A DNA stretch of 63,935 bases, counting the filler, from Rozella allomycis CSF55 (lineage: Eukaryota): NCBI GenBank assembly GCA_000442015.1. It is 5 parts of 5 records of this genome, joined end to end, with 100 filler letters (N's around TTAATTAATTAA, not from the genome) between each part and the next. Parts side by side here need not be neighbours in the genome. Positions count along the whole stretch, not along the records: positions 31,913 to 58,511 come from KE560403.1; positions 58,612 to 60,246 come from KE560414.1; 3 more parts are not named here. One strand, 5' to 3'. This document shows, in pieces, positions 46,550-59,706 of the stretch (position 1 is the first letter of the stretch; every line of letters starts with the position of its first letter). A program made the position numbers and the translations under genes. Under the pieces are notes generated by a model, which was given only the letters and a program-made list of their open reading frames with translations, searched no databases and was not told where the DNA came from.

Positions 46550-49500
46550 ATGTCATCCTTATCAAAACAGTTAGAAACACTGCGATCTCTGAACCGCAGA
46601 TTATTTGATGCCGATGCCCCTGTGTCACTAGAGCAGACGCTGAGCCGAGCGCTTCGCGTGTTGTCTCGCCAACCGACGCTATCAAAGTACCAAGCGACGC
46701 TATTCAGTGAATCGCAACTAGGCGTAGATCGTGGCCACATGGTAAGCATATAAAAAATTCTTTAGCAGACATCCGAAGAGAGTGCAAAGTTTGACCAAGA
46801 ACTGCGGAAATTTTTGCAAGACGCGAGTAGTTTGTGGATGCGTGACGGGATGATGGATGTGTATGCGTGGTTGTGTGATAAATGGCGAGTGCATAGGATG
46901 CTTGTTGATGAGTTGCTGATGAGTGTGATGTGGATGCACGAGACTTTTGTTTTTGCTAGGATTTGTGTCAAGGTTCCTGTTGAGGAGCATGAAAGATGGC
47001 GGTTTTTGGAGGGTTATAAGAGAAAGTGGAGCAAGGTTGTGAAGAGCGGGGAGGAGGGCGAGGGGTTTGGGAGGGAGATGCTTGTTGATAGGATGAAGAG
47101 TGATAGGGACGTTGGATTGCGATTGTTTGAGTATGGGTGTTGTGTTGGGGGACGGGTGTTTGTGTTTGGAGTTTGTTTGCTGGTTGAGTGGATGCAGGGA
47201 TTGAAGGTGTTTANATGAAGAGTGATAGGGAGGTTGGATTGCGATTGTTTGAGTATGGGTGTGGTGTTGGGGGACGGGTGTTTGCGTTTGGAGTTTGTTT
47301 GCTGGTTGAGTGGATGCAGGGATTGAAGGTGTTTAATGATGAGAATGTTGTGCTTGTGTTGAAGGCTGTGAATGCTGCGATGAAGAGTGGAGATGAAGGA
47401 GTTAGAGTGGGAGGGATGATGCTTGTGTGTCAGTTGAGTTCTAATGTAAAGTTGAGTGAGCAAGTTGTTGAAGCGTTGATGGTTGAAATTGTTAAGGGAA
47501 GTGGGAAAACAGTTGATGAAGTGTTGTATGCGTTGTGTGTGTTGTTTGAAACGCAAGATTTGAAGAACATCCNGATTGTTAAAGGAAGTGGGAAGACAGT
47601 TGATGAAGAGTTGTATGCGTTGTGTGTGTTGTTTGAAACGCAAGATTTGAAGAACATCCCAGTTGAAGTATTGAATAAAATGAGTTTGGTTGATGGAATT
47701 GAAATGAAGATGAAGGAATTTGTAGATAGATATGAAATTCAAAAGTTTGTTGAGAGATTTGTGATTGGAATGATTGAAATTAGAATAGATCTAGTTGAAA
47801 AGATTATTGGAATGAGAATTGTTAAAGGAAAGATTGTGGAGAGTATTTTGAGAAAGATATTTGCCATGGAGCCAAAGAGAGGTGCAGGGGTGATAGAAAA
47901 GATGATTGAGAATTATTCTAAAGAGATGAGTGAGTTTGTTCAGTTAAATGGAATCAAAGAAGAATATTTTGGATTGATGACTGGATCATTTTCAATTGTT
48001 AAAGATCAGAGTTTATTTTTAGCGTTGAATCATTCAGAATCATTTGTGAGATTAACTGCGATTAAAGAAGTTGATAGAATTGTGAATGAAGAGAATAAAG
48101 AACAATTTAAGAGAGAAATTGGGAGTATTTTGATTGATAGATTGAGAGATGAAGATGAAGAAATAATTAACAATGTTTTGGATTTGAAGTATTTGATAGA
48201 TTTAACAGGAAAAGAAATATTTAATGAATTGTTGAGATTGAGTGAAAATGAAAAATTTAAGGATAAAATAGAAAAGATTTCAGTGGGAATCGAACGGGTA
48301 GATCCAAAAGAATATTTTGAATTTTGTTTGAAATTTGAGAAAATAGATTTTAGAAATGAAGAATATTTTGATTTGTTAATTGAAAATGAAAAGTTTAAAG
48401 AATTGATTGTATTTAGTAGAGAGAATAAAGAAATTGCTGAAAGAACAATTAGTTTAATGATTTCAAAGCCAATTAATGTTGTTAGAGAATATTTAAGAGA
48501 AATAATAGATTTAGAATTTGAAGAAGGAATTTATTTTGAAATTATTAAATATTTGATAAAGAATGGAGAAATTGAAATGATGAAAGAAATGTTTAAGAAT
48601 ATGAAGAATTTGATTTCTATTCTTAGTTCATTTGCATTACATAATGGGTTAATTGGATATGAACTATTATCAAGTTATTTCAAGTCACTCCCACGTAAAT
48701 TAACACTAATTGAAGACCATGAGAAGGAAAAGAGTGGAATGGTAGAGAATAACAAAGCTAACACTAATAAACATGATAACAAAACTAGCAATGATAACAC
48801 TACGTCTACGTTGATCTTGTTGGAGTTGTGCTTTGGATTGATGAATAAGAATAAAAGAATTAGAGAAATTTGTTTAGATTGCATTTCTTTAATAAATCAT
48901 AAATTTGTTTCAAAAATTGTTAAACTAAAAGAAAAGATTATTCTAGATCCAAAATCTATTAAATGTTTATTTAAACAAGAAATACTATTTGAAAATGTAT
49001 TCAAGAGAGATCAATTGAATTTCATTGTAGAATTATTTATAGAAAATGAAAATGATGTTTATTCATTATTAATAAACAAATTTGACAAAGTTGATGAATT
49101 AACAAAAGATGAATTTAAATTAATTTTGAAAACATTGAGATTGCAAGGGTTAGAAAAAAATATTCTAAAAATAGAAACAATGAAATTTAAGAATCTATTT
49201 TTAGAAACATCAAAAGAATTAATTCCAAAATTAAAACTAAAAGAGCAATTTGAATTATTGAATAAAATTATTAGAGAAGAAAGTTTGATTATTTTGATTT
49301 CTAATTTCTCTGCCAAAGTGTTGATTGAAATGATTGAATCTGTTCTTGTTGTTCCAGAAGAAGATGAAGTTGTAGTCGAAGGAAAGAGGAAAAAGGGATC
49401 CAAAGAAAAGAAATCAGCTGAAAAGAAACTAAAAGATGAAGAGAGCAAAGGGGACTCTATTAGCTCTGATTCCAACTCTAATTCCAACTCTAATTCAAAC

Positions 49501-52032
49501 TCTAATTCAAACTCTAATTCCAACACTAATTCCAACTCTAATTCAAACTCTTTAGTGACATTGTTGGAAGGGTTGGTTAAAAAGAATCAAGAGTTGAAGG
49601 ATGAATTGATTGTTAAACATTTGTTTGAACTAGTTAGCAAGATTGAGAATGAATACATGTTAAAACTAACATTGACAATAATGCAAAAGTCAATTTATGA
49701 TAAAATAAATAGAAATATATTCCAAGTGAATAAACTAGTTCAAATATTAAGAAGAACTGAAAATTCACAAATCCATCAACAAATCTTTATTCTTCTTTCT
49801 GAAATTTCAGAATATTATCCAGAATTAGTTTTAAACCACGTGATTTCAATCTTTACATTTATGAGTCAAAATGTATTAAAATATGATGACGACTATTCAT
49901 TCCAAGTTATAGAAAAGACAATCAAATCTATTATTAAAGAATACAACTATAATATTCTAGTTAAATTTATAGAGAATTTGTTGTTTATTCCAAAGCATAG
50001 AAGAGTTTTTATTATTGATTGCTTGATTAGTAGCATGGGTAGAGTTGAGGCTTTGAAGGATTTATTCTTTTTGATTCAAATTAATAATTTTGAGAATGTT
50101 GAATTTTTTGTTGAATTGTGTCAATTGCAGAATGTTAATGATTTAGTTAATAGTTTAACCAAAGTAATCATGAAAGTTGAAGAGGGAGTTAAAGAGAGAG
50201 TTAAAGAGAGAGATGAGAGTGTTAAAGAAGTTGATAGAGTTCAAATTGATAATGCATTAGAGTTGATTGGATTGGTCTTGAATGATGAAAATTTATTAAA
50301 CCAATTTACATTGATAGATTTGTCATTGATGCAATCTCTTGTATTGAATACTATAAAGTATCCAAAATTATTGAAATCAGTTTTAAATCTTGTTTCTCCA
50401 ATTCAACTATTTTCTATTTCTATTCAATTGATTAATATGAAACAATCTTGTATTTTAGATTTATTGTTTAATCAAGTAAAGAAAATGTCTAAATTTATTA
50501 AATCTCATGTTGGCGAGTCATTTGAGTTGTATAAATGTTTACTTGAAAGTGTTACAGAATTAGAAGGTAAAGAGAAAGGTGTTGAAAGTAGTGGTGAAGA
50601 TGTTAAGAGTCAAGAGAGTGATGGTCACATTAACCATCATAACGATTCTAATCATCATAACGATTCTAACCATCACAACGATAATAACACTTCAACTAAT
50701 TCTCATTCAATGGGGTTGATGATTTGTAATGTTATTGCTAGAAATATTTGTAAAAGTAATAAAAGTGAATTTCTATCTTTAATGCCAAATGTTGTTGGAT
50801 TGCTAAAGAATGGAAATCTCAAATCTTCTACCTTTATTCTACTTTCAACATTATTGACTGGATTGCAACAAGAAATGATTCCATTTATTCCAATGATTGT
50901 TAAAGAATTTCCATGGAATTCTAAATTTGAATTAAATTCTCAAATGGAATCTATTCTAGAATCTTCTCTTCACTTTGTTCAAGTTGGTTTAAAAGAATGG
51001 AAAAATTTCATGGCTCCTTATTTCTTTCCTCTTTTAAATTTCTTTTCTTCAAATGAAAATATTCTAAAAATAGAAAAATTCAATTCCAAAATTTCTAATC
51101 TAATTGAATCTATTTCTTTTCTTGATTCCAGAATTATCATAGATCTACTAGACAAAATTATTCCAAATATTTCAAATTCTTTTATTCTCTTCAAATTCAT
51201 GTTCATTTCAATGAAAAATATCGACAAGAAATTAATCTCTGAACCTTTCATCTTCAATCATTTCATTAGATTATTTACATGGGTTATTACAAGGGTTGGT
51301 GAAGAAGATTTAGAAAAAATGGAAAATTTTATTCAAAGCGATCAAGAAAATGTTAAATCTCTTTTATTTGAATCTTTCATTGAATGGATAAAGAAACTAA
51401 ATGAAAACACTCTCAGACCATTCCTCATCCAACTAGTAGATTGGATGGACAATGACGAGAAGCAATTTCTGATCTATTCACTTTTAGAAAAATGTTTAAT
51501 TGAATTCAAAGGGTTATTCGTGCCAATGTTCAAATCCATTCAACAAAATATTTCTATTCTTTTACAATCAAATCCAAATCCTGTCCTCTTAAAATTATTG
51601 TTAAACACTTTGAATCTATTCTATCTATACGACAAACAAGATGAAATGCATCCATCATTCGACACAATCGTTCCTATCCTATTCGACATCATTCCATCTC
51701 TCGACTATGATTTCATCATCGCCAACCTAGTTCCACTAGTCGCTCAAATAGCAGTGTCCCTGCACTCTGATTCATTCTGGAAACCATTAAACCAACACAT
51801 TCTCACGCTAGCTACAAACGAAGATTACCTATTGCGCAATGTGGCTGTGATGATGTTGTCGGAATGCTACAACAAGCTGGGCGAACAGTTTCTCATACTT
51901 TTGCCGGAATCTATTCCTACTATTGCAGAGCTGCTGGAAGATTCCGAAGAAATGGTTGAACAGTCTACTAAAGCGCTGGTACAGGTTATTGAATCGCTGC
52001 TTGGAGAGCCACTTGATAAATATTTTAAATAA
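46550..52032 (+). CDS. UTP10: U3 snoRNP HEAT-repeat protein Utp10/HEATR1
   Basis: MSSLSKQL start, YPELVLNHVISIFTFM, DDDYSFQVIEKTI, IPKHRR, KLNENTLRP and LLPESIPTIAELLED. Confidence 0.92.
49471..49551 (+). repeat. Coding hexamer microsatellite encoding (Ser-Asn)n
   Basis: Repeated TCYAAY/TCAAAC units within UTP10. Confidence 0.9.
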
Positions 52033-52123
52033 ATCATGCAAAGTTAAAAAGGATTTAAGAGTTTTATATTGTGAAATGGAGTATTTTAAATATTCTAAAT
52101 TGTTTAAGGTTATTAAATTATGT

Positions 52124-54108
52124 TTATTGCGAAATGGCATAACCATGCTTCCTTTCATCAGCCCCCGCTTCATACCCTCCAAACTCTGCAATCTTCATCG
52201 CCATCTGCACAGCCGATCGCGGTCCCTCCTCCTCCACCGTATGCCCAATCACAGTCAATCCATTCAGTATATCCCTATCAAATCCAACCTCAACTCTAAC
52301 CTATCATCAACATTCAATCACTCTCTTACCACATCGGGATTCAGCTGGTGGTGCACCCGCGGCTCATTAACAGCCATCTGCGGCAGCATCCTTCGCACAA
52401 GCACATTCAACACACTCTCTCACTATTTAACAAGGAATTTACTTGGAATACGGCACTCGGCATATACGCGCCGCCCGATGCGCCAACCGACATGAACACA
52501 TTTCCCTGTTTTTCTATTATTAATGGGGACATTGACGATTGCGGCCGCTTGCGTGGTTCTATCATTGTCGGTTACTCAATTGTATTTACCGATGTAGTTT
52601 GAGGGGTTCGGCGGATATCCAAAGGCGTTTGGATGTGTTGGCTGGCTGAAATCGTCCATTACGTTGTTTAGCAGGATGCCGGTGGTTGGGTCGATCAACT
52701 TGGAGCCGAAAATATGATTGATCTGTGTTACATTTTTGAGAGCGATTTACTGAGCTGGTGATACTGGCGCTGAGGCCATTGCGGTCTATTACCGATACGT
52801 GAGTTGTTCCTTGATCTTTCAATGCCTGTGTGACTGTATCCGTGTAATATTGCATTGGGTACGTTGCCGCCTATTGTTGTGGAAATTGTATCTTACATCG
52901 TTTATTAGTGAGTTTATGCGCTTGGCAAACGTTTCGTCTGTTGTTGAATTGACGAAATTAGACATTCCCTCATTGAAATCAGCATCGCCCATTAGGTTTC
53001 TAATCCCGTACCCGAATTTCATACACTCAACAAGCCTATCACCTCTACAGTCACAAAATACCTGTGATAAAACGTTACGGGATGAGGCTCCCTGTCATCA
53101 AACTGGTTCAAAACGTTCAACATCGTCACTACGATATTCCCGCTTGCAGGTGTTCCCATACTATACACATTCAAGCCGTTGAATTCTCCTTGAACCACAT
53201 CGCGCATTTTAATTGAATAGTTTTTGAAATCATCCGCAGTTAATATGCCGCCATTTGATTGGATAAATTTGATGAGTGAGGTGGCGATACTGCCGGAATA
53301 GAATGCATTGGCGCCCTCTTTGGAGATTGTTTCAAGGGTTTGCGCATAGTTTGGTCGTTGGAGGGTATCGCCGATGCCTAGTAGTTGGCCTTCTGGTGCG
53401 AATACTTGGCGGAGCGTTGGCTCCTCTAGGATGTCGGATTTATATATCTGATGTTTGTTTTGAAAGTTGTAGGGTTACCTGTATGCGACGAGCTAATTCC
53501 CTATCTACTGTAAATCCGTTTCGCGCAAGTTGGATGGATGGCTCGATGAGTGTGTTCCATTCAGCTTTCTTTAGTCCGAATCTTTGGTACAGCTCCCAAA
53601 GACCTTTGACTTCCCCAGGGACACCAACTGACAGAGCGCCTATTGAATTGCGAAATTATTTAATACCCTTCACTGATTTCGATGGATCAGTTGCAAAGAT
53701 ATCAAAAGTTGAGGAACTTGAAGACATTTCTCGGAAATCCATTGCATGAATTTGCATGTTTTCATCGCGCACCATCGCCACACCTCCCCTTTGAAGGAAC
53801 CTTGTATTTGATTACCCACCAATACCCGAGGAGAATGGATTTACTGTTCCAATACAAAATAGAGCGGCTATAGCGGCTTCGATGGCATTGGCTTGTTCCT
53901 CTTCCATTACCTTTCTTGCTATTGATGTGCAGATTTCATGTTCCGTTGATATGGCATAGTGCAATTCATCGTTGATGTTCTCAGCTTTTTCGACTCTGGT
54001 GAATGTTTCATTTTTGAGCGCGATGCACATGACTAATATGGTCAAACTAATTGCTATCATGGCCACTATTACGACTGCCCTTGATTTAATCATCGACTTA
54101 ATGGGCAT
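52124..54108 (-). CDS. Gamma-glutamyltranspeptidase, type II membrane-anchored
   Basis: N-terminal TM, SSGIGGGG, DFRE, VGVPGE, GTTHVSVID (catalytic Thr), LNNVMDDFS, RPQSSMSP, GASGG and PRVHHQL. Confidence 0.95.
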
Positions 54109-54261
54109 GAGATATTTAATGTAATAGTGCATATTTGTAATATATGTAATGTTTTGTCATTTTATTTTGATAGAATATTAATTTCGTTGTAAGTGCTATA
54201 TATCCATTTCGAAGAAGTCATTTATTGAAATGAAATTTGATAGCGATGCAATTTTATTTAT

Positions 54262-55548
54262 TCATTTTTTGATTTTAACTATTACATACGACAAAATTGA
54301 GATTGCTGTCATACAACTTATTACTATCAAATACACAATTTGAAATGAAAGACTTCTTGAATCCAGCTCCCCTTTTTCCGAAGACTTTATAGATATTTTA
54401 ATTTCTGACAAGCCATTATAAGCTGCTTTGGAGAACTCGCGTTTGGCAACTCGAAATGGAGAAACCAACTTTACAAAGCACGTATTTGGAAGCCTAAACA
54501 ACGCCTTCTTTCTTCTAGTATGTTTATACATAGCTTTCCAATCTATTCCACTAAAATACGAATGTTGTTTCATTTGTTCTATACTCGGCCTATCCGCTGC
54601 GTTAAAACTAATCATTCGTCGCGCCAGATCATAAATTTCTGAATCGAAGCCCTTTAATTTCTCACTCACTATAATGTCTGGAGTTATTTTATAATCCAAA
54701 GGATCAGCAGCCGCATAGAGCTGGTTATAAGTGTAATAGTATTCATACGGATAGACCATTGTGGCAAATTCAATTTCCTTTAAAGTATCGTTAGCAATTA
54801 TTGACAGGCCGTGAGTTGCATATAGTATGACACCAAGGGAATAAAGATCGCTTTGAGGTACAAAAACCCTGTTATCCAACAAAATTTCTGGAGCCGTATA
54901 AAAGGCATGCGAAGTCAAGTGCTGTACATCTCGATCCTCTAAGCTATTTGCTGCACCAAGATCCTTTATTCTAAAATTATCTTTTTCGCCGTAGACTAGA
55001 AGGTTATCGGGTGACAGATTATTGGCGCTTAAATTTGCGGAAGCCAAATCTTCCAATGCAATTAAAGCTCTAGCAATAATTTTCTGAAGTCTATCACCTC
55101 TAGGTAAAAGTTTGTTGCAAACGGAGATCTTGCTGTCAGCTTCTTCATATAAACAGTCCATGAATGGTTGCCACAAACCAGTGGCGAAGGATTCAACATG
55201 TTCCAATATGATAGATAATGATGAAAAGACTTTGTTTGTTTGATATACGCATACCAGGCCCGGGAAAAGATTTGAAAATCTCAATTGGTATATAGCCCTA
55301 GTCTCCCTTAAAAATGCATCAACTGTTTTCTGGTATTCACCTCTGGAAATGACATTCTTTCTGGTAAAAATCTTGTTGTCTGATATCCTTGATACTTTTT
55401 CGATTGTATAAAACTTGTTTTCACGAATTAGTTCTTCAAATTTGAAATCTTGTTCTGAACAACGGGGTATATGCTTAAGATCAAAATTTATAGACGTCAA
55501 TGTTGATATGTGAAACAAAATTATGAGGGTCAGACTACATAGGTCCAT
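54262..55548 (-). CDS. Signal-peptide-bearing, C-terminally anchored AGC-like pseudokinase
   Basis: Intronless ORF with a hydrophobic N-terminus. Kinase fold landmarks: TRK, FLRE, ANNLSPDNLL (HRD lost), KDLG, YTAPE, DLYSLG, HSYFSGIDW. C-terminal TM followed by KIKK. Confidence 0.75.
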   Translation of the reverse strand: MDLCSLTLIILFHISTLTSINFDLKHIPRCSEQDFKFEELIRENKFYTIEKVSRISDNKIFTRKNVISRGEYQKTVDAFLRETRAIYQLRFSNLFPGLVCVYQTNKVFSSLSIILEHVESFATGLWQPFMDCLYEEADSKISVCNKLLPRGDRLQKIIARALIALEDLASANLSANNLSPDNLLVYGEKDNFRIKDLGAANSLEDRDVQHLTSHAFYTAPEILLDNRVFVPQSDLYSLGVILYATHGLSIIANDTLKEIEFATMVYPYEYYYTYNQLYAAADPLDYKITPDIIVSEKLKGFDSEIYDLARRMISFNAADRPSIEQMKQHSYFSGIDWKAMYKHTRRKKALFRLPNTCFVKLVSPFRVAKREFSKAAYNGLSEIKISIKSSEKGELDSRSLSFQIVYLIVISCMTAISILSYVIVKIKK

Positions 55549-55758
55549 TCCTAAGCTCCAAAGCGTGGGTGGCAAAGCTAATCAGATTAGATTACCATTT
55601 CTAGGGAAGTTTTAATGGTCATGATTTTTAACACGCTGTTTCTTTCAAAAAATAAATTGGTTTAAAAGAAAGAAGGATATGAGAACCATGTAATTTTAAT
55701 AAGTAGTTTTTGCATTTCACGAAAACGCAACTTGGAATTTTCGAAATAGTTTTTCACA

Positions 55759-58342
55759 ATGGACTTTAAGGCACTTTTAGAGCGATCCAAGAGCTTATCG
55801 TCACAACTTGCACAGCCTTCTATTTTACCATGCATAGATAGAAATTTAGAACAAATCGACAGCCAAACTAGGCGCCTATTTTCTGAGCAAACGTTTCCTT
55901 CTGACGCTAATGCGTAACAAATTATATTTTCCTTTAAAAGTTACTATTTATTATCTCAACGTGGATTTAATCCTGAACCGTTAGAAAATGACCTAAAATC
56001 ACTGCCTACATTGGCTATGGACGTTGAGCCTACCCCAACTGTAGCTGACACTGATGTCGTTGTAATTTTTGTGTAAATAATTTAATAGGGGTTTATAAAA
56101 CAACAAAGACAAAATTTAGTGATATCTATTTTGGAAGAGCAAAAATGCAAGAGCAAGGAGCGTGCAAAGAAAATTTATCAAGACGCTGTTAAGGCGCACT
56201 GGGAAAAAATTAAAAAGAAGACGATATCATCATTGCCACCAAAATCTGGAATGAAGGTTGCGTCAACGTCTGGGCAATTTTCATCGTCTTTGAATGAATT
56301 TTCTTTAATAGTTAAAGAATATGTCAAGGAAATTAATGAAGGAAACGTAGGTTATCAATTCTGGCCTAGACTGTTGAATGTATTGAAGAAGGTTGCTTTT
56401 AATGAGCAAATGGTTGATTGCTTTGAATTACTTTTTATGATTAATAAAGAAAGCGATAAATTAAAGGCATGCAAAACGTTTTTAGAAAAGCAAATGTTTA
56501 GATTTATTGAGAAAATGGTTCAAAGACAACCACGTGAAGCGAACGTTGGTGGAAGTCCTTCTGTGATTGACAAAGTGAGGGTAAGTATGTTAGGGACTAT
56601 TTTTAAGGGATTCCTGAATATAAAATATAAACAGTTTAATGAATGGGATCCACAATTAACCATTGTGAATAACGTCCCGATTTTCGCTTTAGTTTTTTAT
56701 TTAATTCGATGTGGTTTTTGGACTGAGGCTTTGAATGTTTCGATGCAGTATAAAGATTTCATAGAAAGAAAGGACGTCCATTTAATATCCTTTCTAAAAG
56801 CGTACATGGATGACAAGGTGAATCCATCCATGAAACAAATGATAAACTCTGAGTTTTCACGAAAGCATCCAAATGATGATAGATTTAAGGTGGCTATCTA
56901 TAAAATTCTTGGACAATGTGAAGTTGAAAAGAAGAATATTCCAGGGGTTATTCAGTCCAGGGAGGATTATTTGTGGCTTCAAGTAAGAATTTGATTTGAA
57001 AATAATTTGTATTACTTAATGAATGATACTTATGATTTGAAAATGCTGCAGAAAAATATTCGTGATTTTGGTCCAAAACATTTCAATGCGAATCATAATC
57101 AATTGAACTATTTTTCTGTTCTCGCATTATCTCTACAAATTGAACTTGTAATTCATCAACGTAAAATTAAGATAGGCGCTTGGATATTTATTTGCAGAGA
57201 CAAATTATTGTAGTGAGGCAGTTCATTGCTTTATAGCATTGTCTGGAACTCTGAACCTTAACGATTCTGTTAGCTCGGAGATTGTTGAAGAAAAGAATGG
57301 AAATTATTTGTTGAATCCAGTTCAAATGATTTTCACATTTATCAAGAACAATCAATTGCCACTGAACCTTGCAATTCCTTACGTCATTTTTCTTTTCAAC
57401 ACAGAAAAGAAAACTTATTACAAATCACTTTATTCTCTTTTGAGAGATTTAGTTATTGAAAGCAAAGAGTTTGCATTCTATTTGGGTAGCGTTAAACCAG
57501 ATGGAAATAGGATGGTAAAATTTACGAAATTTCTTAAATTATAGCCGGGGTATTTGGAAGATTATTCTAGATTTATAAAATTATCTTCAAAGAAGGAATA
57601 TAATAAGGAAATTATTGTACCCATCGCAAATCATTTAATTTCTGTTAATCAATTTGAAGAATCTTTGCATTTGTTTAACTTGGCTGAAGAATATGATAAA
57701 GTTATGGATTTGTTGAATAAGAATCTTTCAAATTCAATTTCAAATCCTAATGAGCAAATTACTTTGATGGCTCAACAAATTCTTTCTTACTATCAAAGTC
57801 AAGGAAAACCAGTAAGTCTTGAGAAAACAAAATCATGTGAAACTCTTTTGAAACTATTTCAATTCTTTTCTCTATATCGCAATCAAAAATATGAACAAGC
57901 ACAAAATGTAAATTTCTGTTTCTCATTTCAAAAGGTTATCGAAGATTTGAAAATAATTCCAACTGATCAATCACAAATTCATTCTTCTTCTGTTCAATTT
58001 GATGAACTCTTGTCTGTTCACATCCCAGAATTGCNTATTCCAACTGATCAATCACAAATTCATTCTTCTGTTCAATTTGATGAACTCTTGTCTGTTCACA
58101 TCCCAGAATTGCTGTTAGCCGTTATGAATGTTTATTCCGCCATTTACCAACGTTTGAAAACATCTCCAATTAGAGATTCCTCCCGAGAATCAGTAATTCT
58201 AACATTGTGCCTTGAACTTTAGATTTTAAGAGATATTAAAAAGAAGTCAAGAGTCATTATGATGTTTGCCAGTATTGCTCAAGTTCGTGTTCCTCAAGAT
58301 ATTTTGGCGAAAATGAACCGCTTAGATGTTTTCATGAATTAA
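55759..58342 (+). CDS. NUP93: Nucleoporin Nup93/Nic96
   Basis: LPCIDRNLEQI, REANVGGSPS, PIFALVFYLIRCG, DRFKVAIYKILG, EDYLWLQ and FGPKHF. Confidence 0.92.
56983..57009 (+). other. Candidate non-AG intron (27 nt GT-TG, or 24 nt GT-AT)
   Basis: GTAAGA donor with an in-frame TGA inside. No AG occurs until 57051, and using that AG would delete the Nic96-like YDLKMLQ segment. Confidence 0.6.
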
Positions 58343-58511
58343 ATAAAGTCAATTTACAGTATTTTATATGCTCCAATTTCCTTAATAACCTAGCATGGTC
58401 AAATCATTATTGTATTGTGTATAGTGTATCTGTACCCGTGTCCCATAAATAGTTAAGTGTTTTTTTAAATATATTACTCAATTCATTGTGGTTTTGCTAC
58501 AAATGTTTAAC

Positions 58512-58611
58512 NNNNNNNNNNNNNNNNNNNNNNNNNNNNNNNNNNNNNNNNNNNNTTAATTAATTAANNNNNNNNNNNNNNNNNNNNNNNNNNNNNNNNN
58601 NNNNNNNNNNN
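58512..58611. other. Artificial contig-joining spacer
   Basis: N-TTAATTAATTAA-N, 100 nt. Confidence 0.97.
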
Positions 58612-59678
58612 ATCAAGTTTAGCATAATGATTAAATTGTTTTAGTAATTCGAATGTCAAATACTTTTGACATTACCGAAAATTGAATACCTTTATAATAA
58701 CAAGTGGAGGGATGCATGTAGTCAATAATTCATAAATCTTTTTCCTTATAAATAATAACTTTGAAGGGGTTTGCTCTCCTATTATGTCTTTAGCGATAGC
58801 AACGATTGCGTCTTGCCAATCAAACCCTTCCAAAACAGTATTTTCAGGCACTGGATAACTAATATTATTTGAGTAATACTTTTACTTTCTTGAAATCTCA
58901 GCTTCTAACATGATAACCGCGGCCCTTAAATTTCTTTCAGATTGTATTGCTATCTTTTCTGAAACAATATCTGGAATCGCTAATCTTTCCTTCTTTGCAA
59001 CTCCATTAAGAACTTTAACAGTTTGATCAATAGTCGGCGAGGGCACGCGAATCATAAAACAACGACTTCTAATAGGAGCAATAATCTTGCTTAAAGAATT
59101 GCAACACATTATGATCCTCATGTTATTTGCATATTTTTCCATGGTTCTTCTAAGTGCGTGCTGGGCGTCAACAGATAATGAATGAGCTTCGTTTAGTAAC
59201 ACTATTTTGAAACTTTTATTGGAACTTGTATCCACGGATTGGGTTTGTGCAATCTCTTTAATAATTTCTTGCACCACAATTCTATCATAAATACCAACGT
59301 CACTGAACGATTCGAGATTAAAAAATTACCTGGGAGTTAGTTCAATATGATAGTTGCTTGTAATTACATTTACGTCAACCTTTTTGCTTGATGGTGTGAC
59401 AAAAGACTTGGTGTCTAACCGAATCTCATAAGCTTCATTTCAAATACTTACTTTTTCTGCGCCAGGACCAAATATTTCTTTTAGAAAGGCGAATATTCTA
59501 GTTTTCCTTCCTGATCCAGGAGGGCCATAGAAAAGCAAGTGAGGCAAATCTTCAGTTTTTGCCTAGAAAATAAAACGGAATGATATACCAATTTTTTTAA
59601 CTGCTCAGTAAGATTATTATGAAAATCTAAATCGTTTAGAGAGCTTGGACGATATTTATCCACCCAAAGTTGACTCAT
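58612..59678 (-). CDS. RFC3: Replication factor C small subunit (human RFC3 / yeast Rfc5); 3' end lost in gap
   Basis: [45 protein letters not shown] and PIRSRC. Confidence 0.95.
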
Positions 59679-59706
59679 GAAATTAGGAATTTCTTAAAAA
59701 ACTGTT

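Noticed and set aside
47014..47742. 242-aa minus-strand ORF and many other antisense ORFs in the track
   Set aside because: These are shadow frames of real genes, kept open by skewed composition, with no recognisable motifs.
49471..50700. Short repeats in UTP10 as a CRISPR-like or mobile array
   Set aside because: They are simple coding microsatellites (SN and HHNDSN units) with no spacers.
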